A DNA stretch of 64,000 nt from an uncultured Spirochaetota bacterium (lineage in GTDB: Bacteria; Spirochaetota; Spirochaetia; SZUA-6; Fen-1364), in contig CAWJSK010000015.1 in assembly GCA_963845535.1 (NCBI GenBank), forward strand, positions 10,013 to 74,012. Reading direction: 5' to 3'. A model generated the notes under the pieces. It did not search any database and was not told the origin of the DNA. It was given only the letters and a program-made list of their open reading frames with translations. Numbering within the stretch: position 1 is the stretch's first letter; the number at the start of each line of letters is the position of its first letter. A program made the position numbers and the translations under genes. Positions 1 through 10,535 of the stretch are shown one piece after another.

Positions 1-15
1 AGCGGCCGACTTAGA

Positions 16-667
16 ATGACGGCGTTCCTGCTCGTTCTGTCCTTATATTGCGTCATGCTCTCCGCGTTCCGGTTCCTCTACACGGGGACTCATGGATACC
101 TGTCCCTGAACTGGAATCTCTCCCTGGCCTTCCTTCCGTGGCTGCTCACGAGCGTTGCTGTGCTTAGGAACGTCAGGAGCAGGATCGCCATCCCGGCCAT
201 TGTCGCGGTATGGCTTCTGTTTTTCCCCAATTGTCTCTACATCCTCACCGACCTCATTCACCTGCGTCAGGTCGTGAACGCCCCGCTGTGGCTGGACCTC
301 ATCCTCGTGCTCTCTTTTGCCTGGGCGGGTCTGTGCTTCGGCTTCTCGAGCCTCATGGACATCGAGTTTTTCATGAGAAAGGGATTCCGCGCGGGAGCGA
401 AGACGGTGGCTTTCCTCTCCGCTAGTATGATCTATCTGGCGGCTTTGGGTATCTACATCGGGCGGTTCTGGCGGTGGAACAGCTGGGACCTCCTGGGAAA
501 TCCGGCGGAGCTGATGCACTTCATGTTCGATCGATTCACGGACGCAGGGAACTGCCTACCGCATCGTCGGGTTCACCATTCTCATGGGGACCCTCTTGAA
601 CCTCATGTATTTTCCGTTCCGCTACATGCGGCAGAAAGGGGCCCGCTCTATTCCAACCTCTTCCTGA
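16..667 (+). pseudogene. DUF1361-like integral membrane protein, apparent frameshift near 530-556
   Basis: ORF 16..786 is multi-TM up to ...WNSWDLLGNPAELMHFMFDRF. After that it becomes non-membrane sequence antisense to the permease gene. The next frame reads TQGTAYRIVGFTILMGTLLNLMYFPFRYMRQKGARSIPTSS with stop at 665-667, a plausible final TM helix. Confidence 0.55.
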
Positions 668-1787
668 AGCGCAGCACGCTCGCCGCAATGACAACCACGC
701 CTATTGCGGCGAGCGCCGCCGTCTCCCTCCACAGCTCGGCAAAGCTCACCCCTTTGAGGAAAAGCCCCCGGATGATGACGAAGTAGTATCGCAGGGGGAA
801 TATGTAGGTCACCGCCTGAATGATGGGCGGCATGCTCTCGATGGGAAACACGAAACCGGACAGGATGATCATGGGCATCATGAAAAAGAACATGGATATC
901 ATCATGGCTTGCTGCTGCGTTTTGGCCACGGTGGACACGAAGAGCCCAATGCCGAGTGAGCTCAGCATGAAGAGCAGGGACAGCGCGTAGAGCACGAGCA
1001 GGCTGCCGCGCACGCCAATCCCGAAAAGCAGGAGACTGGCCACGAGCACGACCGTGATGATCACCAGGCTGATGATCACAAACGGCGCAAGCTTGCCAAT
1101 GATGAGCTGCCGCGGCGTGATGGGCGTCACAATGAGCTGCTCCAGCGTGCCCAGCTCCTTCTCCTTCACGATGGCGAGTGAGGTGAGGATGGTGGTGATG
1201 ATCATGAGGATCATTGCCAGCACGCCGGGCACCATGAAGTTCCTGCTTGCCAGCGTGGGGTTGTAGAGGACCCGGACCGCGGGGTCCACGCGCACCGCCT
1301 TGATCTGCCGGAGCACGCGGGGGTCAAGACCCGCCAGCCTTTGCGCGGCGCGTGCGCTCTGTTCCTGGGAGACAATAAGGGTTGCATACGTCAGCCCGAT
1401 TGCCGCGGACTGCGTGTCGGAGCCGTCCGCCAGGAGCTGAAGCGGCGCCGTCTTTGTCCCCGCCAACTGCCTTCCGAATCCGGGGGGTATGACGAGGGCA
1501 AGGGAGGACTTTCCTTCCTCAATGCTTCGTTCGGCGCTCTTGGCATCAGGAACGTACGCGCTTGCCACGTAGCTTCCTGATTCCAGGAAGCTCGCCGCAA
1601 GCTGCCGGCTTTCCACGGTGTGGTCCTGATCGCAGACGGCCAGCGGGATGTCCTTCACGTCCATGTTCGCCGCGTACCCCAGGAGCGCTATCTGGATGAC
1701 CGGTGACAGGAAGATCAGGGGAAGCAGGCGGCGGTCTCTGCGAAGCTGCTGGAACTCCTTGCGGATGATGAAACCAATGGTCCTCAT
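648..1787 (-). CDS. ABC-2 type transporter permease (YbhS/YbhR-like)
   Basis: 379 aa with an N-terminal TM, a large extracytoplasmic loop, then clustered C-terminal TM helices. Its start overlaps the stop of the upstream paralog by 4 nt. Confidence 0.85.
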   Translation of the reverse strand: MRTIGFIIRKEFQQLRRDRRLLPLIFLSPVIQIALLGYAANMDVKDIPLAVCDQDHTVESRQLAASFLESGSYVASAYVPDAKSAERSIEEGKSSLALVIPPGFGRQLAGTKTAPLQLLADGSDTQSAAIGLTYATLIVSQEQSARAAQRLAGLDPRVLRQIKAVRVDPAVRVLYNPTLASRNFMVPGVLAMILMIITTILTSLAIVKEKELGTLEQLIVTPITPRQLIIGKLAPFVIISLVIITVVLVASLLLFGIGVRGSLLVLYALSLLFMLSSLGIGLFVSTVAKTQQQAMMISMFFFMMPMIILSGFVFPIESMPPIIQAVTYIFPLRYYFVIIRGLFLKGVSFAELWRETAALAAIGVVVIAASVLRFRKRLE

Positions 1788-2917
1788 CTGCCCTGCCTCC
1801 TCAAGCGCAGCACGCTCAAGCCCCCCGTTATTGCCGCAAAGACAAGGAGCGCCAGCACCTGGTCACTGAAAGCCCAGAAGCCGACGCCCTTCACCATGAT
1901 GGCCCGAAGCGCGGCAAGATAGTACCTGCCCGGCAGGAGATAGCTCACAACCTGGATGACAACGGGCATGTTGCGAAATGGGAAAACGAACCCCGAGAGA
2001 ATAAAGGTGGGCAATAACGTGAGAAGGGAGGACAGGAGGAAAGCCACCTGCTGGCTGTCGGAGATCGTGGAAAGCAGGACGCCGAACGCGAGGCAGCCGA
2101 ACAGGAAGACAAGCGTCACGACGCCGAGGTCCACCCAGCTCCCCTTGACGGTCACGCCGAACAGCAGGCGGCTGGCAACCAGGATGGTGGCCGCTGCCAC
2201 GAGGCTCATGAGGAGGTAGGGGAGGGTCTTGCCGAGGATCAGCTCGAGAGGGCGCACGGGAGAGACCGCGATCTGCTCCATGGTCCCTCTTTCCTTTTCC
2301 CGTACAATGGAAAGCGTTGTGGACAAGACGGCGGTCATCATAAGGATGAGGACGATCAGGCCCGGGATCAGGAAGTTGGCGCTCCGAAGCTCAGGATTGA
2401 AGAGCACGCGCGGCTGGAAATCGATTGTCGTCTTCATGTCCCCGGCTCCGGCTCTCTCCAGCGAGCGCACGAACGCGCGCTGCGAGTAGTCGGCGGCCAC
2501 TGCCTGCACGTAGCCGATTGCCGTTGCCGCCGTGGTGCCGTTGGACCCGTCCACCACTGCCTGTATCTCCACCCTCGTGCCGTTGGCCACATCCCGGCCG
2601 AAGTCGGTTGGGATGACGAGCGCAACCAGCACCCGCCCCGTGTCCAGAAGGCCGTCGATCTGGTCCTCACGGTCGATCACGGTCTTCAAGTCGAAATACT
2701 CGGAGTGAAGGAACGACTGGAGAAACTCCCTGCTGTACTGGCTCTTGTCATGGTCCAGCACGGCAAGCTGGATATGCTTGGTGTCCAGGTTGATGGCAAA
2801 GCCGAACATGAGAAGAAGGAAAAGGGGCACAACCAGCAGCATCCCGAGCGTCGCGGGGTCACGTGACACCTGGCGAAGCTCCTTGACCATGATCGTGGAA
2901 ATCCGCGCCCCACTCAT
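1784..2917 (-). CDS. ABC-2 type transporter permease (paralog)
   Basis: 377 aa with the same architecture as 648..1787. There is a 4-nt overlap with the ATPase gene upstream. Confidence 0.85.
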   Translation of the reverse strand: MSGARISTIMVKELRQVSRDPATLGMLLVVPLFLLLMFGFAINLDTKHIQLAVLDHDKSQYSREFLQSFLHSEYFDLKTVIDREDQIDGLLDTGRVLVALVIPTDFGRDVANGTRVEIQAVVDGSNGTTAATAIGYVQAVAADYSQRAFVRSLERAGAGDMKTTIDFQPRVLFNPELRSANFLIPGLIVLILMMTAVLSTTLSIVREKERGTMEQIAVSPVRPLELILGKTLPYLLMSLVAAATILVASRLLFGVTVKGSWVDLGVVTLVFLFGCLAFGVLLSTISDSQQVAFLLSSLLTLLPTFILSGFVFPFRNMPVVIQVVSYLLPGRYYLAALRAIMVKGVGFWAFSDQVLALLVFAAITGGLSVLRLRRQGR

Positions 2918-3858
2918 CCTTTGGACTCTCCGTTTCTGTCGATCACGCGGATGAAGACGTCCTCCAGGGAAGGGACAATGCGGCCATGCGCGTCCACGGA
3001 AAGGCCGGCGGAGCGGAGCGCGGAAAGCGCCGCCTCGATATCCTCATCCCGGTCCAGGCTGACGTGCAGCCGGGTTGCGAAGATGGCCGTTTCCCGCACC
3101 TCAGGCACGGAGCGAAGAGCGGACATGCCCGCAACGGGGTCGGAGCACTCCACCTCGTAGACGGAGCCCGTGATCACCTCGCGCTTGAGCGCGCCCGGAC
3201 TTCCCTGAGCCACAATCCTTCCCGCGTGCATCAGCACAAGGTCGTTGCAGTATTCCGCCTCATCCAGGTAGTGCGTGGTGACGAGCACGGTGGTCCCCGC
3301 CTGCGCCAGCTCGTTGATCACGTCCCAGAAAAGCCTTCGGGAAATGGGGTCAGTTCCGCCCGTTGGCTCATCAAGAAAAACAATGCCCGGCCGGTGAAGC
3401 ATGGCGCATCCCAAAGCGAGGCGCTGCTTCCAACCGCCAGAAAGCTCCCGCGTGAGAAGTTTCTCCCTGCCCTCCAATCCCGCCAGGTGAACCGTCTCCC
3501 TCTGCCTCTCCACAAGCTCCCTGTCTGAAAGCCCGTACACCCCCCCGAAAAATCTGATGTTCTCCTCCACCGTGAGGTCGTTGTACAGCGAGAACCGCTG
3601 GGACATGTAGCCGATGCTGCGCTTCACCCCTTCGGGGTTGCGCGCGATGTCGATTCCGGCAACGGCCGCGGAGCCCGACGTGGGCGCAAGGAGGCCGCAG
3701 AGCATCCTGATGGTGGTGGACTTGCCGGCGCCGTTGGCTCCCAGGAGGCCGAAGATGCTGCCCGCCGGCACCTCGAAGGATACCGAGTCCACGGCAACGA
3801 ATGACCCGAAGCGCTTGGAGAGCTCCCTGGTGCTGATGGCGAGCTGAGCGCTGCTCAT
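2914..3858 (-). CDS. ABC transporter ATP-binding protein
   Basis: Walker A GANGAGKST, signature LSGGWKQRL, Walker B IVFLDEPT. Confidence 0.9.
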   Translation of the reverse strand: MSSAQLAISTRELSKRFGSFVAVDSVSFEVPAGSIFGLLGANGAGKSTTIRMLCGLLAPTSGSAAVAGIDIARNPEGVKRSIGYMSQRFSLYNDLTVEENIRFFGGVYGLSDRELVERQRETVHLAGLEGREKLLTRELSGGWKQRLALGCAMLHRPGIVFLDEPTGGTDPISRRLFWDVINELAQAGTTVLVTTHYLDEAEYCNDLVLMHAGRIVAQGSPGALKREVITGSVYEVECSDPVAGMSALRSVPEVRETAIFATRLHVSLDRDEDIEAALSALRSAGLSVDAHGRIVPSLEDVFIRVIDRNGESKG

Positions 3859-5255
3859 TCCCCCACCGCCCTCTCCAGGGCAGCGCGCGCCACCTGGCAG
3901 TCGAACAGCGCGCTGTTCTCCCGCAGCCGGGCCCGCACCAGCAAGGTCTGCGCGTCCAGGCTTTCCGAGGAGAGCGCGACGCCCTGGCGGTATCTTTCCT
4001 GGGTGACGCGGTCATTCTCCTCCGCCTGCACGGCTTCCTCATGGAGGGACGCCCGTCGCCCCAGCGCTTCGTTCAGCGTTACGTACGCGCGGATGACGTC
4101 CGCGGTGACCGCGTCCGCGATCTGGCGCGAGCCCTGCAGGGCCTGCGAGAGCTTGTTCCGCGCCTGCTCGGTCTGCGCAAGCACCTGGGGATACCGGCCC
4201 ACGTCTATGGAGGCGAGCAGCCCGATGGACCACGTTCCCACGAACTGGTCCGACTGCGGGAAGACGCGCTGGTTGGGGTTGGCCAGCGTGTAATTCCCCG
4301 TGACGAAAAGGTTCGGGTAAAGGCCTGACTGGGCGAGATCCACGGACGCCTCGGATGCGGTCACCCGGGATCGGGCTGCCTGGATATCAGGCCTTGAGGC
4401 CAGGGCCTTGGCCACGAGGTCCGAGAGGCTCTCCTTTGGAGCCTGCACGTTTTGCCCCTCGTCATCAGGAACATCGACGCTGCCCGTCCAGGGAAGCCCA
4501 ATGAGGATTGCGAGCTGCGCCTGGGCTATCTGCTGAGCGCTTTGGGCGCTTGCCAGGTCTATCTTCGTGTCCTCCAACCGCATCCGGGCCTGCAGTACGT
4601 CATTGTTGGTCGCCATTCCCTGGTCCCGAAGCTTCTGTGCATCCGCGAGATGCGTATCAGCCTGTGAGAGGCTCTGGCTGATGGCCTGCACCTGGGTCTT
4701 CGCCTTGGCCAGGTTCCAGAACGCCTGCGTGATGGAGTAGCGGAGGTCCAGCCGGCTCTTGCCCAGGTCCCCTCTGCTGGAATCCCTCAGGGCCTCCGCC
4801 TGCCGTATGGAGCTTGCAATCCGCTGCCCGGTGAACAGCGGCTGCTGCAGCGCCAGTTGGAACATCGTGCTGTTATCCAGGGACGGCGGGAAGGTGATGT
4901 TCTGCGTGCCTATGGGCGGCGGCAGGCTCACGGACAGGCTGCCCGGCGCTACGTCTGAGAGCCGGGAGTATCCCCCCTGCAAGGAGAGAGAGGGCAGGTA
5001 CTGACCCTGCATCTCGTGGATGCGAGCATCCGCAATCTGCGTTTCAAGCTCGTCCGTGCGCAGACCGGCATCGTTTGCAAAACCCAGACGGAGGCACTCC
5101 TCCAGCGTGAGGATGCGGGGGGCGTTCGCAGATCCCGCAGGGGCGGGCGCGGCGTTCGCAGATCCCGCGGGAGCGGGCGGGGCGTCCGCAGACGCCGCAA
5201 TGGCGGGTACGACGCATAACGCACACGCGAGCGCGGCTGTACAGCTAACTCTCAT
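3855..5255 (-). CDS. TolC-family outer membrane efflux protein
   Basis: 466 aa with a signal peptide (MRVSCTAALACALCVVPAIAASA). Long Ala/Gln/Leu-rich helical repeats are typical of outer membrane efflux proteins, and the gene is embedded in the efflux operon. Confidence 0.8.
   Translation of the reverse strand: MRVSCTAALACALCVVPAIAASADAPPAPAGSANAAPAPAGSANAPRILTLEECLRLGFANDAGLRTDELETQIADARIHEMQGQYLPSLSLQGGYSRLSDVAPGSLSVSLPPPIGTQNITFPPSLDNSTMFQLALQQPLFTGQRIASSIRQAEALRDSSRGDLGKSRLDLRYSITQAFWNLAKAKTQVQAISQSLSQADTHLADAQKLRDQGMATNNDVLQARMRLEDTKIDLASAQSAQQIAQAQLAILIGLPWTGSVDVPDDEGQNVQAPKESLSDLVAKALASRPDIQAARSRVTASEASVDLAQSGLYPNLFVTGNYTLANPNQRVFPQSDQFVGTWSIGLLASIDVGRYPQVLAQTEQARNKLSQALQGSRQIADAVTADVIRAYVTLNEALGRRASLHEEAVQAEENDRVTQERYRQGVALSSESLDAQTLLVRARLRENSALFDCQVARAALERAVGE
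5121..5198. repeat. 30-bp tandem repeat (about 2.6 copies) inside the tolC-like gene
   Basis: ggcgttcgcagatcccgcaggggcgggcgc / ggcgttcgcagatcccgcgggagcgggcgg / partial ggcgtccgcagacgccgc. It encodes A(A/P)PAPAGSAN repeats just after the signal peptide. Confidence 0.8.
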
Positions 5256-6234
5256 GAGACTCCTCGCTTTCGCTTCTGATGAGGGAGATGAAGGCGTTCT
5301 CCAGGCTGGAAGGGATGACGCGAAGGGAAGCGATCTGAATGCCGGCCTCCCCGAGCGCGCGGCGCACCGCTTCTTCTCCCGACTGCGGGTCCAGCGCCAC
5401 CGCGTTCAGCCTGTCCCCGAAGAGCTGCACTTCCCGAAGCTCCCCCAGGGCGCGCAGCACGGTGCTTGCCCTCCTGGTTTCAGCGCAGATGATCTCCAGC
5501 ACAGAGCCGCGCATGGAGGCCTTGATGCGGGCCGGGCTCTCCGCGGCCATGAGACGGCCCGCGTTCATGAGCCCCACGCGGCTCGCCCTCTCCGCCTCAT
5601 CCAGGTACGGGGTGGACATGAGGATCGTGATGCCTTCCCTCAGGAGCTGTGACAGGATGATCCAGAACTCCCGGCGGGACACGGGGTCAACGCCCGTTGT
5701 CGGCTCGTCCAGGAAGATGATGCGCGGCCTGTGAACGAGCGTGCAGGCCAGGGCGAGCTTCTGTTTCATTCCTCCCGAGAGCCTGTCCGCGAGCCGGCTG
5801 CGAAACGGAAGGAGCCGCGTGAAGGAGAGAAGCTCCTCCCGCCGGTCCTGGAAATCACGGACGCCGTGGATGCGCGCAAAGAACTCCACGTTCTCATCCA
5901 CGGTGAGGTCCCCGTAGAGGCTGAAGCGCTGGGAAAGATAGCCGATCTGTTCCTTCACCCACGGCAGATCGTGATGGAGGTCTCGGCCCATGACGCGAAC
6001 GGTCCCTGCGGCCGGCCTGAGGATCCCGCACAGCAGACGGATGGTGGTTGTCTTGCCCGCGCCGTCCGGGCCCACCAGCGCGAACATCTCGTTCGCCTCC
6101 ACGCGCAAGTCCAGACTGGAAACCGCGGGCTGGCTGCCGTAGCTGTAGGAGAGACCCGTCATCTCGAGGGCGGGCGGGGCTCCCGTCGCGGGCTCGCTCA
6201 CGGCGTCATCCCCCCATCCTGGCCAGCGTGGCAT
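5245..6234 (-). CDS. ABC transporter ATP-binding protein (second ATPase of the efflux operon)
   Basis: Walker A GPDGAGKTT, signature LSGGMKQKL, Walker B IIFLDEPT. The start is set at ATG 6234; GTG 6201 is an alternative. It overlaps the HlyD stop region. Confidence 0.85.
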   Translation of the reverse strand: MPRWPGWGDDAVSEPATGAPPALEMTGLSYSYGSQPAVSSLDLRVEANEMFALVGPDGAGKTTTIRLLCGILRPAAGTVRVMGRDLHHDLPWVKEQIGYLSQRFSLYGDLTVDENVEFFARIHGVRDFQDRREELLSFTRLLPFRSRLADRLSGGMKQKLALACTLVHRPRIIFLDEPTTGVDPVSRREFWIILSQLLREGITILMSTPYLDEAERASRVGLMNAGRLMAAESPARIKASMRGSVLEIICAETRRASTVLRALGELREVQLFGDRLNAVALDPQSGEEAVRRALGEAGIQIASLRVIPSSLENAFISLIRSESEESHES

Positions 6235-7183
6235 CCGCGGGCATGCCTGGCTTGAAGATCCCCTGGGGGTTGGCAATCTCGATCCTCACCGCATAGACGA
6301 GCTTCACCCGTTCGTCCTTGGTCTGGATGTCGCGCGGAGTGAACTCTGCAATGGGCGATATATAGGTGACCATGCCGGGGAAGGTGACGCCGGGGCGGGA
6401 GTCGATTGATATGCGGGCCTCCTGGCCAAGGCGGATGTTGCCAAGGTCCGTCTCCGACACGTAGATGGTGAGCTTGACCGTGTCCAGGTTCGTGATTACG
6501 TAGAGCCCGGTGCCCGGCGCGGCAAGCTCGCCTTCCTCCACGAGCTTCTCCGTGACAATGCCGTTCACGGGAGAATGCACCGTGCAGTCCTGGATGCTCT
6601 TTTCCAGGAGCCGGACCGAGTAGACGGCCTGGTCCACCCTGGCAAGCGCGGCTTTGACGTCTTCGGGCCGCGCGAAGTTCTGAAGCTTCAGGAGCGCCTG
6701 CTGCGCGGAGCTTGCTTGCGCCTTTGCGCCGGTGTAGCGGTATTCCGCGTCATCCCGCTGCTTCTTGGTGGCGGCGTTGACCTTGTAGAGGCTCTCCATG
6801 CGGTTGAAGTCTTCCTGCGCGTTTTGCAGAGTGTCGTTGGCCTGGTTCAAGGCGTCCTTTGCCTGGGCCAGGTCCTCTCCCCGCGCGCCGTTTGTCAGCA
6901 GGTCGAGCTGGGCTTTTGCAAGGTCCACGCCGCTTCGGGCCTGGCCAAGCTGGAGCTCCAGGGTCGCGTGGTCTATCACGGCCAGGATGTCCCCTTCTTT
7001 CACGAATGTCCCCTCGCTTGCATCCAGGTGGAGGATCTCTCCTGATGACTTGGAAGAGACCTGGACGCTGGTGGCCTCGATGGTTCCGGAAGCCTCAATT
7101 GCACGCGAGCCGCGGGAACACGCTGCAAGGCTGAGACACACGCCTGCAAGGCACGCCATGGCTGTGAACGGGGCCTGCTTCAT
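6206..7183 (-). CDS. HlyD-family periplasmic adaptor (membrane fusion) lipoprotein
   Basis: Lipobox LSLAAC, a coiled-coil middle section, and barrel-sandwich/beta-barrel-like ends (GDILAVID..., VYAVRIEI). Confidence 0.85.
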   Translation of the reverse strand: MKQAPFTAMACLAGVCLSLAACSRGSRAIEASGTIEATSVQVSSKSSGEILHLDASEGTFVKEGDILAVIDHATLELQLGQARSGVDLAKAQLDLLTNGARGEDLAQAKDALNQANDTLQNAQEDFNRMESLYKVNAATKKQRDDAEYRYTGAKAQASSAQQALLKLQNFARPEDVKAALARVDQAVYSVRLLEKSIQDCTVHSPVNGIVTEKLVEEGELAAPGTGLYVITNLDTVKLTIYVSETDLGNIRLGQEARISIDSRPGVTFPGMVTYISPIAEFTPRDIQTKDERVKLVYAVRIEIANPQGIFKPGMPADATLARMGG

Positions 7184-7261
7184 ATCTTTCCCTCCTGGGA
7201 GAAAAACTTGCGCCGCGCGCTATCCGTGAGGATCCCTCCAAAGAGGATCCGCATGAACGTG

Positions 7262-7810
7262 TCAAAGAGCTTTGCCCGGCGGGACGGTGAGCTGGAGCAT
7301 CTGCTCCGGCGTGATGACCGAGCTGATGGCGTTGATGAAGAGCATGGGCGTCAGGTGGGCGTCTATGTCTGTCCGGATGAAGCCCTCTTTGCGCCCTTCC
7401 TCGAAGAGCCGGGTGATGATGGTGAACACGTGCTCTCGGCGGAACTTGTCGATCTTGTGCCACAGCTCGGGCCTGCTGTAGTAGACGTCCTTGATGAGCG
7501 TCTGGCTGATCTGGGCAATCTGCGTGCCCACGGCCTGCAGGATGCCCCGTAGCCGGTCCAGGTACGTGAGGCTGGAGTCCGCGGCAATCCTGTCCGCCTC
7601 TTTTGCAATGAAGGCTATCCGTTCTTCCACGGTGGCGCTGACGAGGGCATCCTTGTTGGGAAAGAACTTGTACAGCGTCTTCTTGCTGATGCCCTGGAGG
7701 GAAGCGATGTCCTCCATGGTCAGCGCGTTCACCCCGCGCTCGAAGAGGAGCTCGCGGGAGCGATCCATGATCATCCTTCGTTTCTCCGCGTCGGGAATCC
7801 CTTTTGCCAT
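7262..7810 (-). CDS. TetR/AcrR family transcriptional regulator
   Basis: N-terminal HTH LTMEDIASLQGISKKTLYKFFPNKDAL. The start is set at MAKGIPDAEKRR. It is the first gene of the efflux cluster. Confidence 0.85.
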   Translation of the reverse strand: MAKGIPDAEKRRMIMDRSRELLFERGVNALTMEDIASLQGISKKTLYKFFPNKDALVSATVEERIAFIAKEADRIAADSSLTYLDRLRGILQAVGTQIAQISQTLIKDVYYSRPELWHKIDKFRREHVFTIITRLFEEGRKEGFIRTDIDAHLTPMLFINAISSVITPEQMLQLTVPPGKAL

Positions 7811-7958
7811 GCCCTTGCCGCCTCCCCATAGGAAACGATTTATGTTTATTTCGTTTCCAAAAAGAATGTAGCTCATGAAACCAAATGCGTCAAGCGGTGT
7901 TCTCTTTCATGCAGGTGCTTTCAGTCACCGATAGTAAAGGGGAGGGGCGGTACACGGC

Positions 7959-8468
7959 ATGAAAACATCGACTCGCGATATTCTTTTCATCTTCGTCGGG
8001 CTGTTCGTTTCCATTGGAACCCTGTGGGCTTCCCGGGCAGGCACGGAGATGCGCCTGGGGAGCGATGTTGCCTACCTCAACAGCGTTGGCAAAAGCCAGA
8101 GCGGGGAGAAGTCTCTCAGTGAATCCATCGAGTCGCGCTTCAGGACGGAGCCGGGGCAGATTGCGGACCTTCGCAAGCGGAAGCTTGGCTACGGGGACAT
8201 CTCCGTTGTCTTCGCCACGGCTTCCCGGCTTCGGGGCGGGATAAGCAGAACTAATATAGAAAGGATTGTCGCGATGTGGAAAAGCCCCAAATCAGGAAGT
8301 TGGGGAAAAATCATCAGGTCTTTTGACGTGCGCGTGGAGCGCGTGGTGCTTCAGATCGAAAGCCTGCACGAGCCGGCGCGGGGCGCGCAAACAAGGACGT
8401 CCATGCGGGCTCCCGGGGCCCAGCCCAAGGGGTATGACCCGGTCTTGCGGCTGGTCCACGGAGGATAA
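7959..8468 (+). CDS. hypothetical protein with N-terminal signal/anchor helix
   Basis: 169-aa ORF with a hydrophobic N-terminus (ILFIFVGLFVSIGTLWA). No motif recognised. Confidence 0.45.
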   Translation: MKTSTRDILFIFVGLFVSIGTLWASRAGTEMRLGSDVAYLNSVGKSQSGEKSLSESIESRFRTEPGQIADLRKRKLGYGDISVVFATASRLRGGISRTNIERIVAMWKSPKSGSWGKIIRSFDVRVERVVLQIESLHEPARGAQTRTSMRAPGAQPKGYDPVLRLVHGG

Positions 8469-8672
8469 AAGCAACAGACCCGCGCGTGGCGTGTCTGGTT
8501 GACGTCTGGGAAAAGGGCCTGCCGCGAGGCAGAGCAAGCCCTCTCCGCACGTTATCCCTTTCCACTTTCCCTGAACGAACCCTATTGTAGCATATTTTTC
8601 GCAGGACGGCATGCGTGGAAATTACGTATTTTTGTGGGCGCCTTTTGCGTGCTGGGGCCTCAGTGGGCGCCC

Positions 8673-9454
<782 letters not shown>

Positions 9455-9458
<4 letters not shown>

Positions 9459-10465
9459 TTGAAGTGGTCCCATCCCGACGCTCCAAGAGGCATCGTCTTC
9501 CCGTCCGGCAGGACAAGCTGTGAGGTTTCCTCAGGGGGAAGGATCTCCCCGATTATGGTGACAGGCGTGCCCGTCTCCGCGGTGATCCTTTGCGCCAGCC
9601 TCTCCGCGCGCCCGGGGGGCGCGGTCATCATCAGCTCGTAGTCCTCCCCGCCGTGCAGGGCGAAGTGCCATTCGTCTCCGCGCGCGGCCTGGGCAAGCGC
9701 TCTGTTCTCGGGACGCACGGGAAGGCGGGCCGCCTCCACGCGCGCGCTCACGCGGCTTTTTTCGCAAATGTGGCCGAGGTCCCCCGCCACGCCGTCGCTT
9801 ACGTCTATCATCGAGGTGGCTTGCCGAAGCGCGCCAATCAGCGCCCCTTCCTTCACGCGCGGGGTGGGGGAGTACTGGCGCTCGGTTGCCGTGACGGCGT
9901 AGGACTCATCCGTCTTCAGCGTCTTGTCGAGGAGGAGCGCCACGCCGGCCGCGGCATCCCCCACGCTTCCCGTGACCATGATCCTGTCCCCCGGCTTTGC
10001 TCCGGACCTGAGCACCACGTTTTCCCGCAGGGTCTCCCCCAGGAGAAAAACGTCAATGAACATGCCCAGCCGGGTCTTCGAGACATTGCCGCCCACGATC
10101 TCCACCCCGTATCTTTCCCCTTCTTCGCGAAGCCCCACATACAGCTCGTCGATGAAGGCCACCTCCAGGTCTTTGGGCAGTCCCAGGGACACCAGGGCAA
10201 ACCGGGGAATCCCGCCGGCGGAGGCGATGTCGCTCAAGTTGATGGCCAGCGCCTTGCGGCCGAGGCTTTTCGGCGGGATGGAGTCCCTGAGGAAATGGGC
10301 GCCTTCCACCTGGACGTCGCACGTGGCAAGCCACACGCTTTCCGCGGAGCCCTCCAGCACGGCAACGTCATCCCCTATTCCAACCACCACGTTCGGCCCC
10401 GGCTCCGGCAGCGCCGAACGGATCCTGTCGATGAGCCCGAACTCACCCAACTGGTCGATCTTCAT
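9455..10465 (-). CDS. thiL: thiamine-monophosphate kinase
   Basis: 336 aa with an AIR-synthase-like fold: GEFGLIDRI, IGDDVAVL, LSDIASAGG. Confidence 0.85.
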
Positions 10466-10503
10466 GACTTCCTCACTTTTTCGCGCATGGGCGCGAGCGT
10501 CAA

Positions 10504-10535
10504 CCCCTCACGCAGGTCACCCCTCACGCAGGTCA
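10504..10535. repeat. 16-bp perfect tandem duplication at the thiE 3' end
   Basis: cccctcacgcaggtca occurs twice in tandem. The second copy contains the thiE stop codon. Confidence 0.9.
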
